IMG/VR virus record: IMGVR_UViG_3300006802_000479
Location: 1 to 26,080 of that record
Length of the DNA stretch: 26,080 nucleotides
Strand: one strand, 5' to 3'
DNA from: a virus
Taxonomy: Duplodnaviria > Caudoviricetes
The notes below the pieces were generated by a model. The model saw nothing but the letters and a program-made list of their open reading frames with translations. It made no database searches and was not told the origin of the DNA. Shown piece by piece: positions 1 to 8,967 of this stretch (its first letter is position 1; each line of letters starts with the position of its first letter). Both the position numbers and the translations under genes were made by a program.

Positions 1-9
1 AATTGTCTC

Positions 10-318
10 CTAAAAGCTATCGCTTATAAGTGAATTGAAAAGTGCCATCTTCGCAATGTCGTCATTCTGCGGATCAGCCGGAGGCACAAGCACAAGCGCA
101 TCTGGCGGCTTGCGTTCAAATTCGAGCAGTGCCTCTTGCGTGTTCCCTGCAATACTCGAGGCAGCAAGTACTTCAGTCTCCGTGATAGACCCGCCGTAGG
201 CAGCACCAGTCCGTTCCCACAGTGCTCGCAGAAAGTCAATCCAGTGCTTATTGATGAGTCCAGTATCTGGATCAACCAGCGGAACGTCAATTCTCGGAAA
301 GGGGTGAGAAAGCGTCAT
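10..318 (-). CDS. Small hypothetical virion/tail protein downstream of the gp10-like gene
   Basis: 102 aa. Its start overlaps the gp10-like stop (315-318). N-terminal PLVDPDTGLINKHWIDFL. It occupies the tail-needle/plug position of P22-like phages. A GGAGA RBS for the next gene lies at 6-10. Confidence 0.65.
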   Translation of the reverse strand: MTLSHPFPRIDVPLVDPDTGLINKHWIDFLRALWERTGAAYGGSITETEVLAASSIAGNTQEALLEFERKPPDALVLVPPADPQNDDIAKMALFNSLISDSF

Positions 319-1754
319 GGCGTATTAGCTACCTCCCCGTCAAGCCAAGCACCTTGAAGCGCTGTGAAGAAATCATTTGACCAGTGAATCTCAAAGACTC
401 GATCTCTTGCAGCACCAAGGCGATTGTATCGAATTTGACGCGAGTACTCGCCAGTTGCCCCGGCATCCCGCTTGACGGCATCGCCCCAGCTGTTGCCTCT
501 TGTATCGCTCCAGCGAAGTGAAATCTCTGGCGGGTTGTCAGACGAGCCTCCAGTCTGATGCCCGCAATCCATATCGAGAGTGAAGTACTTGTACTTCGTA
601 AGTTTGCCCTCGTTCACGAAATGCGGAAATCCGCGCCGACGAGTAATTGGTCCGCCGAAGTCTGTGTAAACAGATGGATCAAGTTCTCTGAGCGTTCCGT
701 TCTCCCAATCGAGGTAAAGGTTCTTACCGAACGCTGATTCCATACAACCAGCCCGGTGCCGGTGCTCGAGACCGTTAGTGTCGATCCAGACCCATTCATG
801 CCATTGACTTGTCGAGGTGTCAAAGACCCAAGTCTTATCCGCAGTCGGAAATGAGAGCACATAAAACGGGTGCCCGTTCACAGCGTAAACCATACCCACA
901 GCGTCAGAGACTGTGGAGTATCCTTTGATCTCCTTGTCAATGGCGTGAGTCGAAATTCGCTCCATGCGATATTCCCTACCGCGAGCGACAAATCTGTTTC
1001 CTGCCCGATCTTCGATCAGCCAAAATACAAGCGATCCGTAGCTGGCCACACTATGCGGCGCTGCGCAGCCGTGTTCGATGTATGCTCCGTTGATGATCTG
1101 AAATGGGAAATCTGGCGCTCCAGAGTTAAACCACAACTCTGTCGCTTTCTGCACACCAAAGAGCCAAATCTCTCGATCTACAATCTTGATGGCAGAGATG
1201 TTCTCTTTGCTTCCACTCTTCACCACGCCGTAGAACACATCGAACTCGGTCGTATTACCGAAGGACGAGTTAAACTGGCCGGTGTTTGGCTGGTTTACGA
1301 GCAAGAATGTGTCAATGTAATCAACAGTGACTCCACCCTGAAATCCTGCTCCAGTCGGCGCTCCGACTGCATCAGTTGCAAGAGTAACAGTGTAACCGTT
1401 GGCGGTGCCATCTACGAGCAGCATCTCAACCCCATTGTCAGACATACTGACAGGGCCGCTCCCGGAAGTTAGCGTTGCCAACTCAGTGAAACTAAAGTTT
1501 GGAGCTATCTTGTAGAGCTTAGACCCGACCACCCCAAAAAGCGAGCCGTTTCCTGCGCGATACAGTCCACGCCCACGGCCCGCAGTTGGGGGACTCGAAA
1601 GGGTGACACTTCCCGGAGTGAGATAGTGCGTCATTGGCCGCGCCGGATCAACTTCTGTCGGATTTAACTCCGGGTACAAGTTGACACAGCGTTGCGCCGC
1701 AGCTGCAAGACTCCGTGCCGAGTAAGTGCCACCATTAAGAGCTATGTCGGCCAT
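315..1754 (-). CDS. P22 gp10-like packaged-DNA stabilization protein / tail hub (beta-propeller)
   Basis: About 479 aa with QRCVNLYPE, EIWLFG..TELW, GCAAPHS, HPFYVLSFPTADKTWVFD..T.QWHE and ISLRWSDTRGNSW...RLGAARDRVFEI, typical of the gp10 family. The start is moved from the track's 1796 to ATG 1754 (MADIAL), directly after the upstream stop at 1756-1758. Confidence 0.88.
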   Translation of the reverse strand: MADIALNGGTYSARSLAAAAQRCVNLYPELNPTEVDPARPMTHYLTPGSVTLSSPPTAGRGRGLYRAGNGSLFGVVGSKLYKIAPNFSFTELATLTSGSGPVSMSDNGVEMLLVDGTANGYTVTLATDAVGAPTGAGFQGGVTVDYIDTFLLVNQPNTGQFNSSFGNTTEFDVFYGVVKSGSKENISAIKIVDREIWLFGVQKATELWFNSGAPDFPFQIINGAYIEHGCAAPHSVASYGSLVFWLIEDRAGNRFVARGREYRMERISTHAIDKEIKGYSTVSDAVGMVYAVNGHPFYVLSFPTADKTWVFDTSTSQWHEWVWIDTNGLEHRHRAGCMESAFGKNLYLDWENGTLRELDPSVYTDFGGPITRRRGFPHFVNEGKLTKYKYFTLDMDCGHQTGGSSDNPPEISLRWSDTRGNSWGDAVKRDAGATGEYSRQIRYNRLGAARDRVFEIHWSNDFFTALQGAWLDGEVANTP

Positions 1755-1755
1755 A

Positions 1756-2343
1756 TCAGGTAATCGGAATTTCCACCCAAACCAGCGTAACAACACCGTC
1801 CAGCGTCGCTGCGGTATTATCTACGTTTGCCCAGGTGTCTGCATAGTTGAAATACACAGTATGATCCCCAGCAGCCTCAATGATGAGACCTGGAGCTGCG
1901 GTGAGAATCTCTGCGGTGCCAGCAATATTATTCGCAACTGCCGGCCCCAAGATGTTTTCGCAAGCTGCATCGACATCGCCAAGCGTTGCATTAACGCCAG
2001 AGCCGACAGTCGTGCCGAGGCCGAGTTCCGGGGTGTCTGTGGTTGGAGTGCCAGTGGTTAGATTAAGGCCGACACTCATACTGGCCGCTTCTACCAAGAT
2101 ACGCCCCGCAGGGAGCGTGTAAATCAGAGCACCACCAGCAAGAGCCGCAGTGTCGCCAATAGTTGCAGCCACTCCTGACAGAGTCAATACAGTGATGTGC
2201 CGCTGCTTTGTGCCACGCTCTACAGCAGTGACATTGGTGCCGATAGTACCCTGCGTAGCAGAGCCTGGAATGAGGAGATTAAGCTCATCCGTGACAAGTT
2301 TTCTCCAGTTAGACTGGAAGGGAGTAAGAAGATTGCCAACCAT
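1756..2343 (-). CDS. Hypothetical virion protein (beta-rich, Ala/Gly/Thr-rich)
   Basis: 195 aa, preceded by a GGAGA RBS (~2350-2354). Lies between the gp4-like and gp10-like genes. Confidence 0.65.
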   Translation of the reverse strand: MVGNLLTPFQSNWRKLVTDELNLLIPGSATQGTIGTNVTAVERGTKQRHITVLTLSGVAATIGDTAALAGGALIYTLPAGRILVEAASMSVGLNLTTGTPTTDTPELGLGTTVGSGVNATLGDVDAACENILGPAVANNIAGTAEILTAAPGLIIEAAGDHTVYFNYADTWANVDNTAATLDGVVTLVWVEIPIT

Positions 2344-2424
2344 TATTTTTCTCCATTGGACCCAATTATAGGGAGCTTCGCCGGAAAAGGATCAATTCAA
2401 GGCCGATCCCGTCGCCTTCTCGCT

Positions 2425-3150
2425 CTAGCTGTCAGAGTAGATGTCGTATCCTCCACCAGATTGAGCCAGATCACCAGGCATTTCCATCTCGGAGACGCGA
2501 TGGTTCGCACCTTTCAGTGTGTCCTTCGCCCCCTTGACCAGCCTTTGAAGATCAGGAGAAACTGTAAAGCCGTAGCCTACACAAATGTTCTCCGCAAGAA
2601 TGTATTGCAAAGCAAGCTCATATTCCTCTGGAAGAAGAATTGTATCGCTCAGGTTATCAAACCGAGAGAGTGGTTCTTTCAGAAGAATATGCAGCTCGCT
2701 GCTTCCCGAAGACGGAATTGGCCAGGGATAGAAATTCCCCAGCGGAAATGCTGGATCGTAGAAATAATGAGTTGGCGTCGAGACGAGGCTCTTATTCGTG
2801 ATCCGAGAGTAATCCTCGCGAGAGTTAATCTCACTAAGAGAAGCGTCTGTGGTATTCGTTCCGAGAGACGGAAGCGTGCGTTCATACGCTCCGTGCAGTC
2901 TGGAAGGGCGCTGATCTGTCCCGGTGTCGAAATTGCCCCCAGGACCTACCGTGTAGCTCTGCGCCCCGGTTGCCGTGAAGGCCATATCGTTGAGGCGATA
3001 GATGTTCAGCTTGCGCTGCTGATAGCTGGCCAGGATGCGGTTAAACCGCTTGAAGGCTTGATTAACGTCCTCCGAGGACAGCACCTGACCTTCGGCCAGA
3101 ATCCCGGCGTCTCTTGCGGCGTCTGTGATGATGTCTCTCGGAGTTGTCAC
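2425..3150 (-). CDS. P22 gp4-like head-to-tail adaptor
   Basis: N-terminal MTTPRDIITDAARDAGIL.EGQ.LS.ED...AF..FN..LA and C-terminal LPEEYELALQYILA...GYG. It occupies the canonical position between coat and gp10. Confidence 0.8.
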   Translation of the reverse strand: MTTPRDIITDAARDAGILAEGQVLSSEDVNQAFKRFNRILASYQQRKLNIYRLNDMAFTATGAQSYTVGPGGNFDTGTDQRPSRLHGAYERTLPSLGTNTTDASLSEINSREDYSRITNKSLVSTPTHYFYDPAFPLGNFYPWPIPSSGSSELHILLKEPLSRFDNLSDTILLPEEYELALQYILAENICVGYGFTVSPDLQRLVKGAKDTLKGANHRVSEMEMPGDLAQSGGGYDIYSDS

Positions 3151-3155
3151 TCAAG

Positions 3156-3575
3156 TTACTCCTGTTGCATTTTAGTCTTGGCTACAACCGAAGCCAGAGG
3201 ATCAGCCTTTGGCTTCTCGATCTTCGCCGGGGAACTCTGCGGGGCATTGACAATAGCTTCAGCCTTAGCTTTCGCCAGTTCCTCGTCCTTTGCTGCAAGC
3301 TTGGCTTGCAATTCCGCCACCGTCTGCGCGAGCACGTTGCGTTCTTCCGTGATCGGGTCAGGCTTAGGCTGCGCAGCCATACCGCTTGCGGCAACCGCCA
3401 TCTCCTCTCGGACACTGTTCACGATGACATAGTCCTGCCCAGTCTTAGGATCGACTTCCTGAAGCTGGATGCACTTTGGAAACTCTTGAAATCCCTTTTG
3501 GCCCTGCGTCTTGCGCATACGGTCCAAAGTCTTACCGTACACTCCCTCGCCGAGGGGATTAGGTGAAGCGCTCAT
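3156..3575 (-). CDS. Hypothetical protein downstream of the major capsid gene
   Basis: 139 aa, AAAGGA RBS, FQEFPK motif, predicted coiled coil (LAQTVAELQAKLAAKDEELAKAK). Confidence 0.7.
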   Translation of the reverse strand: MSASPNPLGEGVYGKTLDRMRKTQGQKGFQEFPKCIQLQEVDPKTGQDYVIVNSVREEMAVAASGMAAQPKPDPITEERNVLAQTVAELQAKLAAKDEELAKAKAEAIVNAPQSSPAKIEKPKADPLASVVAKTKMQQE

Positions 3576-3622
3576 TTTTGCGTCCTTTCGATTTCTGTGA
3601 CATAGGCTACTCCAGTTGATTG

Positions 3623-3644
3623 TAGGGGGGCCGAAGCCCCCCTA
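3623..3644 (-). terminator. GC-rich stem-loop immediately after the coat gene (attenuator or mRNA-stabilising hairpin)
   Basis: Minus strand reads TAGGGGGGC-TTCG-GCCCCCCTA: a perfect 9-bp stem with a C(UUCG)G tetraloop, 5 nt after the stop. No U-tract follows. Confidence 0.7.
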
Positions 3645-3649
3645 AACCA

Positions 3650-4867
3650 TTACACTCGGTCTGCGACAACCACAGCCCATTCGGGACGAACCCAGAGCCA
3701 GCCGAACAGAACGTCGAGACGAGTAACCCACTCATCAGTTCCGATCTGATAGTCCGAGATCATTCGCATACTGACGCCGTCGTAAGTCTGGCGCGCGCCT
3801 TCTTCAACCCCGGTGGGGAGCTGGAGATCGGCACTGACCATCGTCACTGCCTGACGACAGTAAACGATGTTTTTGCGGTGCACTCCGCTGGCCGGATGCA
3901 ACAGCGTAATAACCGCGCTGTTTGCCGGAGAAGCGGTGACAGTCTGATACTGCACCGGATTGCCAGAGCCGTCCGGCGGAACAATTGCCGGATAGATGCT
4001 CAGGCTCGTTGCACCGTTCGCCGCAGCCGCCGTGACAACGAAATGGCGAAGTTCGCCAGTCGTTTGCTTCGTGACACGGTTGACCGCATTGACGCCGGCA
4101 AGCGTGATGATGTCGCCCGCCGCAAGTGTGCCAGTGATTGCATTGACAGTCAGGGTCGTGCCCGTCTGCCCAGCACCGCTCACCGTACCGGCGCTAAACG
4201 TGCCAGTCGTGTGCTTCAACACAGTTTGATCGCTGAACCACATGAATCCAAGCGCGTCAAGCATCTCACCAGTGCGATACTGCTGAGAGACTTCCGGTGC
4301 CGGATTGAACAGTCCAGACAGACTGGAAACCGTCCGAGCACGCGTAAACGGATCGAGCGCGATCTTGCGGCTGCCTTTTGGTGCCGAATTAACATCGAGC
4401 ACCGCTCCGGCTTCCAGCCAGGTCTCTGCCGTGGGGGTGATAATGTTGCTGGAGCCATCCACGTTGGAGAGGAAGTTGGCTACGCCGCCTTCGGTGCTCC
4501 CCATGATGGTCGCCGCAACGTCACCAGTCAGGTTGTTGAGCATCGGCATCAAGATGCGTTCAGAGAAGTCGTCCAGCTCCAGCAAGCGATCCTTGCTGTT
4601 GAACTCGATGTCGATACCGCGTTGGGTCGCCATCGTGAGCGTGGTCTGCTGCTCAGTCGTATCCTGAATGTCGATGTTTTTGCCATCACGAACTACATAG
4701 TCGTTCGGCAGTCTGATGCGCAGCGAGTCGCCGCTTTTCGCGCCGGTCTCACCGAAGCTACTGTCGTACTGCGTGTCGATGTTTTGAATGAACTCGTTCG
4801 AGTTGCGGAAGAGTTCCACAGCTTCCCGAGTAATCATGTCAATTGTGAGCATTGAATTGTTAGCCAC
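3650..4867 (-). CDS. Major capsid protein, P22 coat (gp5) family
   Basis: 405 aa. MANN..LTIDMITREA, GAKSGDSLRIRLP, LAAGDIITLAGVNAVN..TKQ.TG.L.HFVVT and C-terminal RLDVLFGW..VRPEWA. GTG start with GGAGG RBS (4874-4878). Confidence 0.95.
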   Translation of the reverse strand: MANNSMLTIDMITREAVELFRNSNEFIQNIDTQYDSSFGETGAKSGDSLRIRLPNDYVVRDGKNIDIQDTTEQQTTLTMATQRGIDIEFNSKDRLLELDDFSERILMPMLNNLTGDVAATIMGSTEGGVANFLSNVDGSSNIITPTAETWLEAGAVLDVNSAPKGSRKIALDPFTRARTVSSLSGLFNPAPEVSQQYRTGEMLDALGFMWFSDQTVLKHTTGTFSAGTVSGAGQTGTTLTVNAITGTLAAGDIITLAGVNAVNRVTKQTTGELRHFVVTAAAANGATSLSIYPAIVPPDGSGNPVQYQTVTASPANSAVITLLHPASGVHRKNIVYCRQAVTMVSADLQLPTGVEEGARQTYDGVSMRMISDYQIGTDEWVTRLDVLFGWLWVRPEWAVVVADRV

Positions 4868-5025
4868 AATTAACCTCCATTATTATGCGTACTACTCCGA
4901 GAGCGAAGAACTGGACCAGTCGCTCTTTTGTTTGTGTCAGGAGCCGATCCCTAACATTTCACCGAACTTCGGTCAGGCACTCAGGAGTTTCACGCTTTCG
5001 CGCAGGGGTACTCCAGTTCCCCAAA
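4868..5025 (-). promoter_or_regulatory. Structured 5' leader / intergenic region upstream of the coat gene
   Basis: 158-bp gap with hairpins at 4900-4926 (AGAGCGA/TCGCTCT), 4961-4973 (ACCGA/TCGGT) and 4992-5003 (GCGC-GAAA-GCGT, GNRA loop), followed by a GGAGG RBS. Confidence 0.4.
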
Positions 5026-5799
5026 TTATCTACGCCCCATCGCACGGCGGTCTTCTTGGCGTTTAGCCCGCTGTGCTCTACGGAGTTTGACCCACTCCTC
5101 CATCGAGAGATTCGAGTCAGTCATTTTCTCTTTCTCAGTGCGATTGTCAGCCCCACCGGAACCGTCCACGACAGCGCCTACAGGCTCAACAGCTTTCGAC
5201 ACTTTGCCACCTTTCTCTCTGCCGAGAGTGGCAGAAATCTTAGCCAACGCTGCAGCCTGTGCAGCCGGAGGCAATTGCATCACGCGGTACGCCTCATTGG
5301 GATCACGCGCGAGCGTATAGAGAACCTTATGGGCGTTACCGATTTCCATCGCAGCTTGCAACGCAGTCGGCTGAAGTCCGCCAATGGTCTTGTAAGTGGC
5401 CATGACTTGCTCGAAGTCTTCGAAGTCCGTCTTTCCACTATCATAGACCTTCCCAGCCTCTTCCGCGAATCGCTGTTCAGCCACACGCTGCGCGACAAGC
5501 GCATCTATTTGCTCCTGCGTGAGCGGTTGCGCGCCCCGCTGCCGACGCTCGTCGATGATCTTCTGCAAGTCCGGCTTTGCGGCGGGCGGAGCCTTCGGGG
5601 GCTCCTGTGATCTCAGCTTGCTCTCAGCGGCTTGGAGGCGATCCTCCAGTTCCCGCTTCTGCCGAGTCAGCGCGTCGATACGGCTGAGCGTCCAGCTGGG
5701 AGCAATCTCGTCGCCCTGCGCGGCTGGGGCCTTCGGAGCTTCCGCTTTTGGCGCTTCCGCCTTCGGCTTCTCTTGTTCTTTTTCGGTTTCGTCTGCCAT
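5026..5799 (-). CDS. Capsid scaffolding protein
   Basis: 257 aa, charged and helical. RIDALTRQKRE, VLYTLARDPNEAYRVMQLPP.AQAAALAKI and C-terminal SMEEWVKLRR. Sits directly upstream of the coat gene. PKAEA repeats near the N-terminus. Confidence 0.85.
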   Translation of the reverse strand: MADETEKEQEKPKAEAPKAEAPKAPAAQGDEIAPSWTLSRIDALTRQKRELEDRLQAAESKLRSQEPPKAPPAAKPDLQKIIDERRQRGAQPLTQEQIDALVAQRVAEQRFAEEAGKVYDSGKTDFEDFEQVMATYKTIGGLQPTALQAAMEIGNAHKVLYTLARDPNEAYRVMQLPPAAQAAALAKISATLGREKGGKVSKAVEPVGAVVDGSGGADNRTEKEKMTDSNLSMEEWVKLRRAQRAKRQEDRRAMGRR

Positions 5800-5812
5800 T
5801 CTATTCTCCCGG

Positions 5813-6130
5813 TTAATGTAAAACCCTAGTTTTGATGTCCGCCGCGCGGAGATGACTGTCCTTTATTAAGGCATCATGGATCGCGGCTTTCAAGTCTTCC
5901 GGCCTGTTCTCGGTCAACATTTTCGCGAGTGTGGCCCGAGCGACTTTAATAAAGGATGGCCAAGCTAATCGGCACCACTCCTTTTGAAGTTGCTCGATGC
6001 TCATACCTGGATGAGTGGCCTTCCATTTCGCGTACCACTTGTTATCCTTCATGGCATCTTCATATGCCTCAGCAGCAATGCCGAGCGCAACCTCACGGAC
6101 CATTTTATGCGCTGCTACATTGGGGTTCAT
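5813..6130 (-). CDS. Hypothetical phage protein
   Basis: 105 aa, helical. The start overlaps the upstream stop (6127-6130) and has a GGAGGAG RBS. Confidence 0.7.
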   Translation of the reverse strand: MNPNVAAHKMVREVALGIAAEAYEDAMKDNKWYAKWKATHPGMSIEQLQKEWCRLAWPSFIKVARATLAKMLTENRPEDLKAAIHDALIKDSHLRAADIKTRVLH

Positions 6131-8967
6131 TCTGAATACTCCTCCAGTTTCCCTTGGCGATCAGTCTTGTAAGAGAGTGCAAGTTCCTCCCAGTTATCTT
6201 GCTTTGCAAGATCATCGAGTTCGTGCAACAATTGCCTAGCACGATCCCAGTCTTGTCGCCCTACCGCTACGGCAGACTCACGCGCAAGCCACTGCGGACG
6301 GTTATAGACAGGCAGCTTCTCGTGCTCCTCTGCATACCTTGCAAGCGAAGCGTCAATTTCTCTCTGAAATTCCTCCGGCGGAATGTTTCGCCCAGAGCTT
6401 CGCAAATTAACTGCCAAATTCTCCTGCATCTCGCGCTCAAAGCCATACGGGTGCTCCAAATAGTAGAGTGCCTGTTTAGTCTTATTGCGAATAGTCTCGG
6501 GGTAAGTTGCGTTGTAGCCGACATGATGAGACATGCGATGAGTCAAGTCACCGACATGCTCCACGACGGGGTTGAGCACCCCTCCTCCGATTTTATCCTG
6601 CACATCGAGCATCGCTCGCTCAGGCAAACCACGCTGGGCCTCGCCTAGGCGATTGAACGCCCAAGCAACATCGTCAGGGAGTTCAGACCAATTGGTAAAC
6701 CATTCAGGGATGTCTCCCGCGTGCGCTGCCACCGGCGCACGAGTGCCAGCATTGGCCGCGAGGATATTCGGATTGCTCGGATCAAACGCGCCGCTGTTGC
6801 CGATAGCGGATTTGATCTGCTCCGGCTCGAACACGACGATTTCATCCCAAACATTATTCACAATTCCATCATAGCCTTGATCTTTCAGTGCTTGTATTTC
6901 TTCTGGCCGTAGAGCCATAGAACGTCTGTATTCATCTCGACGCCTGTCGCGGAAGTCTTCTTCCCAACGACGATTGTCAGCTGCTCTCCTTTGCTCACGA
7001 GTCCTGACACTATCTGCAGCTTCATCAAGTACTCGAGTTAAAGCACGCATCGGAGATACTTGCCTGTCAATAACTAAAGGATTTTTTAGACTAAGATAGA
7101 CAGGAAACATGGCCGGAGCTTCGCCACTCGACGGACGCCTAGAGTACGACTCCGCATACTCGGGGTTCTTGGTGAAGTAGAACCCGCCGAAAACAGAATC
7201 GGGTTTCTGAAATACTCCACCCTCAATGTCTCCTCCGGTGCCGTGGTACACCACTAGCGGCTCGCCGCTTTCATCGACGATCTTCGAGTCTCCAAACCAA
7301 TTTCGAAATTCTGGCGTCTGCGTCTGCCGAGCTACTTCTCCAGCCAAAGCTGCGCCCTGCGGGCCGTGCGCATGTAAGTCAGTTTGCGCCCGATCCATGC
7401 TTTCCCAAGGATAGCGGGCAGAGGCGTGCTGCACAGCATCCGCTCTATCTGGAGTAGTCCTAAATCCAGAAGCATTATAATGCACCCCACTCAGCGGATG
7501 CCTACGCTCCACATTTCTTGCCTCCGCTTCGCCGTAGGAGCGCATATACATTTCCTCAGCTGCGTCCTTAGCAATCTCTTGTTGCGCTGCACGCTCTCCA
7601 GCTACATTCAAGTCGTTGAGAGCTTTGAGATAACCAAATATCTCTTGCGATTGTGGAGTTGATGGATCGTAATTATCCCCTAACTCCAATGCAGCCCTTC
7701 CATATTCATACTCTATCGCGCTCTTGAAATCATTTAGACTCCTAAGTCTGCCGCTCTCGTCTCGCCCTGAGCGTGTCATTTCCTTGAGATAATCGAAGAT
7801 ACTCATCTCATAGCCACCAGGAGGTCGCCACGGACCTTGTGTTATGACTTGAGACGCCGAAGCTATAGCATCGTCTATCTCTTTGTCCTGCTCTGGAACC
7901 CACCCAACATTATCAGCCCACGTCTCTGGGCTGCTGCCTCTAGCGAAGCCTTCGCGATCCTGTATGTCGTGCTGAATTTCGTGCAGGAGAGATTCTAAGA
8001 ACTCCTGCCTCTTCATTGGTTTTATTCCGATGCGCCCGAGAGGATAGGCTCTGGACGCAGAGTAGTGGACAGCAGCCCCCCACTCACTGGGAGGCATAGT
8101 GTAAACAGGCACGTTAGCCAGCTCAGGATAATAATTATACAACGCAGGATGATCGAGTATATCACCAAGAGTTGCACCCTCGCGAGCGAGACTCACCGTG
8201 TCTCCCATGTTGAGCGCGTCGCTCTTTAACTGAGCAAGAGCATCGCTCTGCTCTTTTCTCCAGAGAGCGTCAGGTCCAGTGAACCACCCGAGACTATCGT
8301 AAGTCTCTTCTCTTGGCCTTCCCCTCGAAGAAGCAGTCATAGATCGTGCTAAATCTCTTCGCTCTTCTCTCGCCAGATTAGCTCTTCCGCCAATAAATAC
8401 TCCCAGCGCGTTGTCCGCTCCGCGCGACGGTCCTCCGCCCATCAAGTCCATCATCGCCAGTGGGAAATTCAGAGGAAGCCCAATCGGACCTTCTGGTGTC
8501 GGAAACCCAGCTGTACGCCGAGCTGCCATACCGAGTTGATCTCCCGTGTCCACAATGCCACGAATTGTGTCTCGCGCGAACTCAGGAAGTGCCCATTCCA
8601 AGTGCGGAGGCAAAGCGGCAGTGAACGGATTAGCTTGCCGCATAGCCTGTGACCACAAATCCATCTGCGGACCTTCTGGGCGAGTCCGAAACGGCAGCAT
8701 CCCACCACGCTCCGTGCCTTCCGGGTCTTGTGGCACAAGCAGATCGAGAATCCGCTGCGCTTCTGGCGTCCGGGCAAGTGTAGTAGCTTCAACAAGCGGC
8801 TGCTGCGATTGTCCGCCCTGCTCCAGCAGTCCGACGCCCGTGCCTTTGCTCTCGCCTTCCGGCAACGCGAGCATACCAGCAGCGATTGCCTCGTCTACGT
8901 CCCAAATCTGACCACCAATGTAGATTTTTTGCGGCCAGCCGGGAGGTCTGCCTTGCAGATCAGCCAT
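6127..8967 (-). CDS. Large polyvalent protein: LPD23/zincin (HExxH) module + ART-PolyVal-like ADP-ribosyltransferase + unknown C-terminal domain
   Basis: LPD23/zincin motifs: GWFTGPD..WR.E.SD, LGDILDHPALY..YPEL, LLHEIQHDIQDREGFARG, YMRSYGEAEARNVERR (~7500-8300). ART motifs: TPEFRNWFGDSKIVDESGEPLVVYHGT, GFYFT, PVYLSLKNP, GYDGI, EIVVFEPEQIKSAIGNSGAFD (~6760-7325). Confidence 0.85.
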   Translation of the reverse strand: MADLQGRPPGWPQKIYIGGQIWDVDEAIAAGMLALPEGESKGTGVGLLEQGGQSQQPLVEATTLARTPEAQRILDLLVPQDPEGTERGGMLPFRTRPEGPQMDLWSQAMRQANPFTAALPPHLEWALPEFARDTIRGIVDTGDQLGMAARRTAGFPTPEGPIGLPLNFPLAMMDLMGGGPSRGADNALGVFIGGRANLAREERRDLARSMTASSRGRPREETYDSLGWFTGPDALWRKEQSDALAQLKSDALNMGDTVSLAREGATLGDILDHPALYNYYPELANVPVYTMPPSEWGAAVHYSASRAYPLGRIGIKPMKRQEFLESLLHEIQHDIQDREGFARGSSPETWADNVGWVPEQDKEIDDAIASASQVITQGPWRPPGGYEMSIFDYLKEMTRSGRDESGRLRSLNDFKSAIEYEYGRAALELGDNYDPSTPQSQEIFGYLKALNDLNVAGERAAQQEIAKDAAEEMYMRSYGEAEARNVERRHPLSGVHYNASGFRTTPDRADAVQHASARYPWESMDRAQTDLHAHGPQGAALAGEVARQTQTPEFRNWFGDSKIVDESGEPLVVYHGTGGDIEGGVFQKPDSVFGGFYFTKNPEYAESYSRRPSSGEAPAMFPVYLSLKNPLVIDRQVSPMRALTRVLDEAADSVRTREQRRAADNRRWEEDFRDRRRDEYRRSMALRPEEIQALKDQGYDGIVNNVWDEIVVFEPEQIKSAIGNSGAFDPSNPNILAANAGTRAPVAAHAGDIPEWFTNWSELPDDVAWAFNRLGEAQRGLPERAMLDVQDKIGGGVLNPVVEHVGDLTHRMSHHVGYNATYPETIRNKTKQALYYLEHPYGFEREMQENLAVNLRSSGRNIPPEEFQREIDASLARYAEEHEKLPVYNRPQWLARESAVAVGRQDWDRARQLLHELDDLAKQDNWEELALSYKTDRQGKLEEYSE

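Noticed and set aside
2197-3432. 411-aa plus-strand ORF spanning three minus-strand genes
   Set aside because: Antisense to well-supported genes, non-protein-like composition, and no RBS or motif support.
3878-4855. 325-aa plus-strand ORF antisense to the coat gene
   Set aside because: Shadow ORF from GC-rich biased codon usage; Arg-rich with no recognisable motifs.
4870-4884. Possible CtrA box near the coat RBS
   Set aside because: Only a TTAA half-site is present; the second half reads TATT.
4940-5020. Possible hammerhead ribozyme (CTGA and GAAA next to small stems)
   Set aside because: The required CUGANGA core is absent (CTGAGTG and CTGACCG are found instead).
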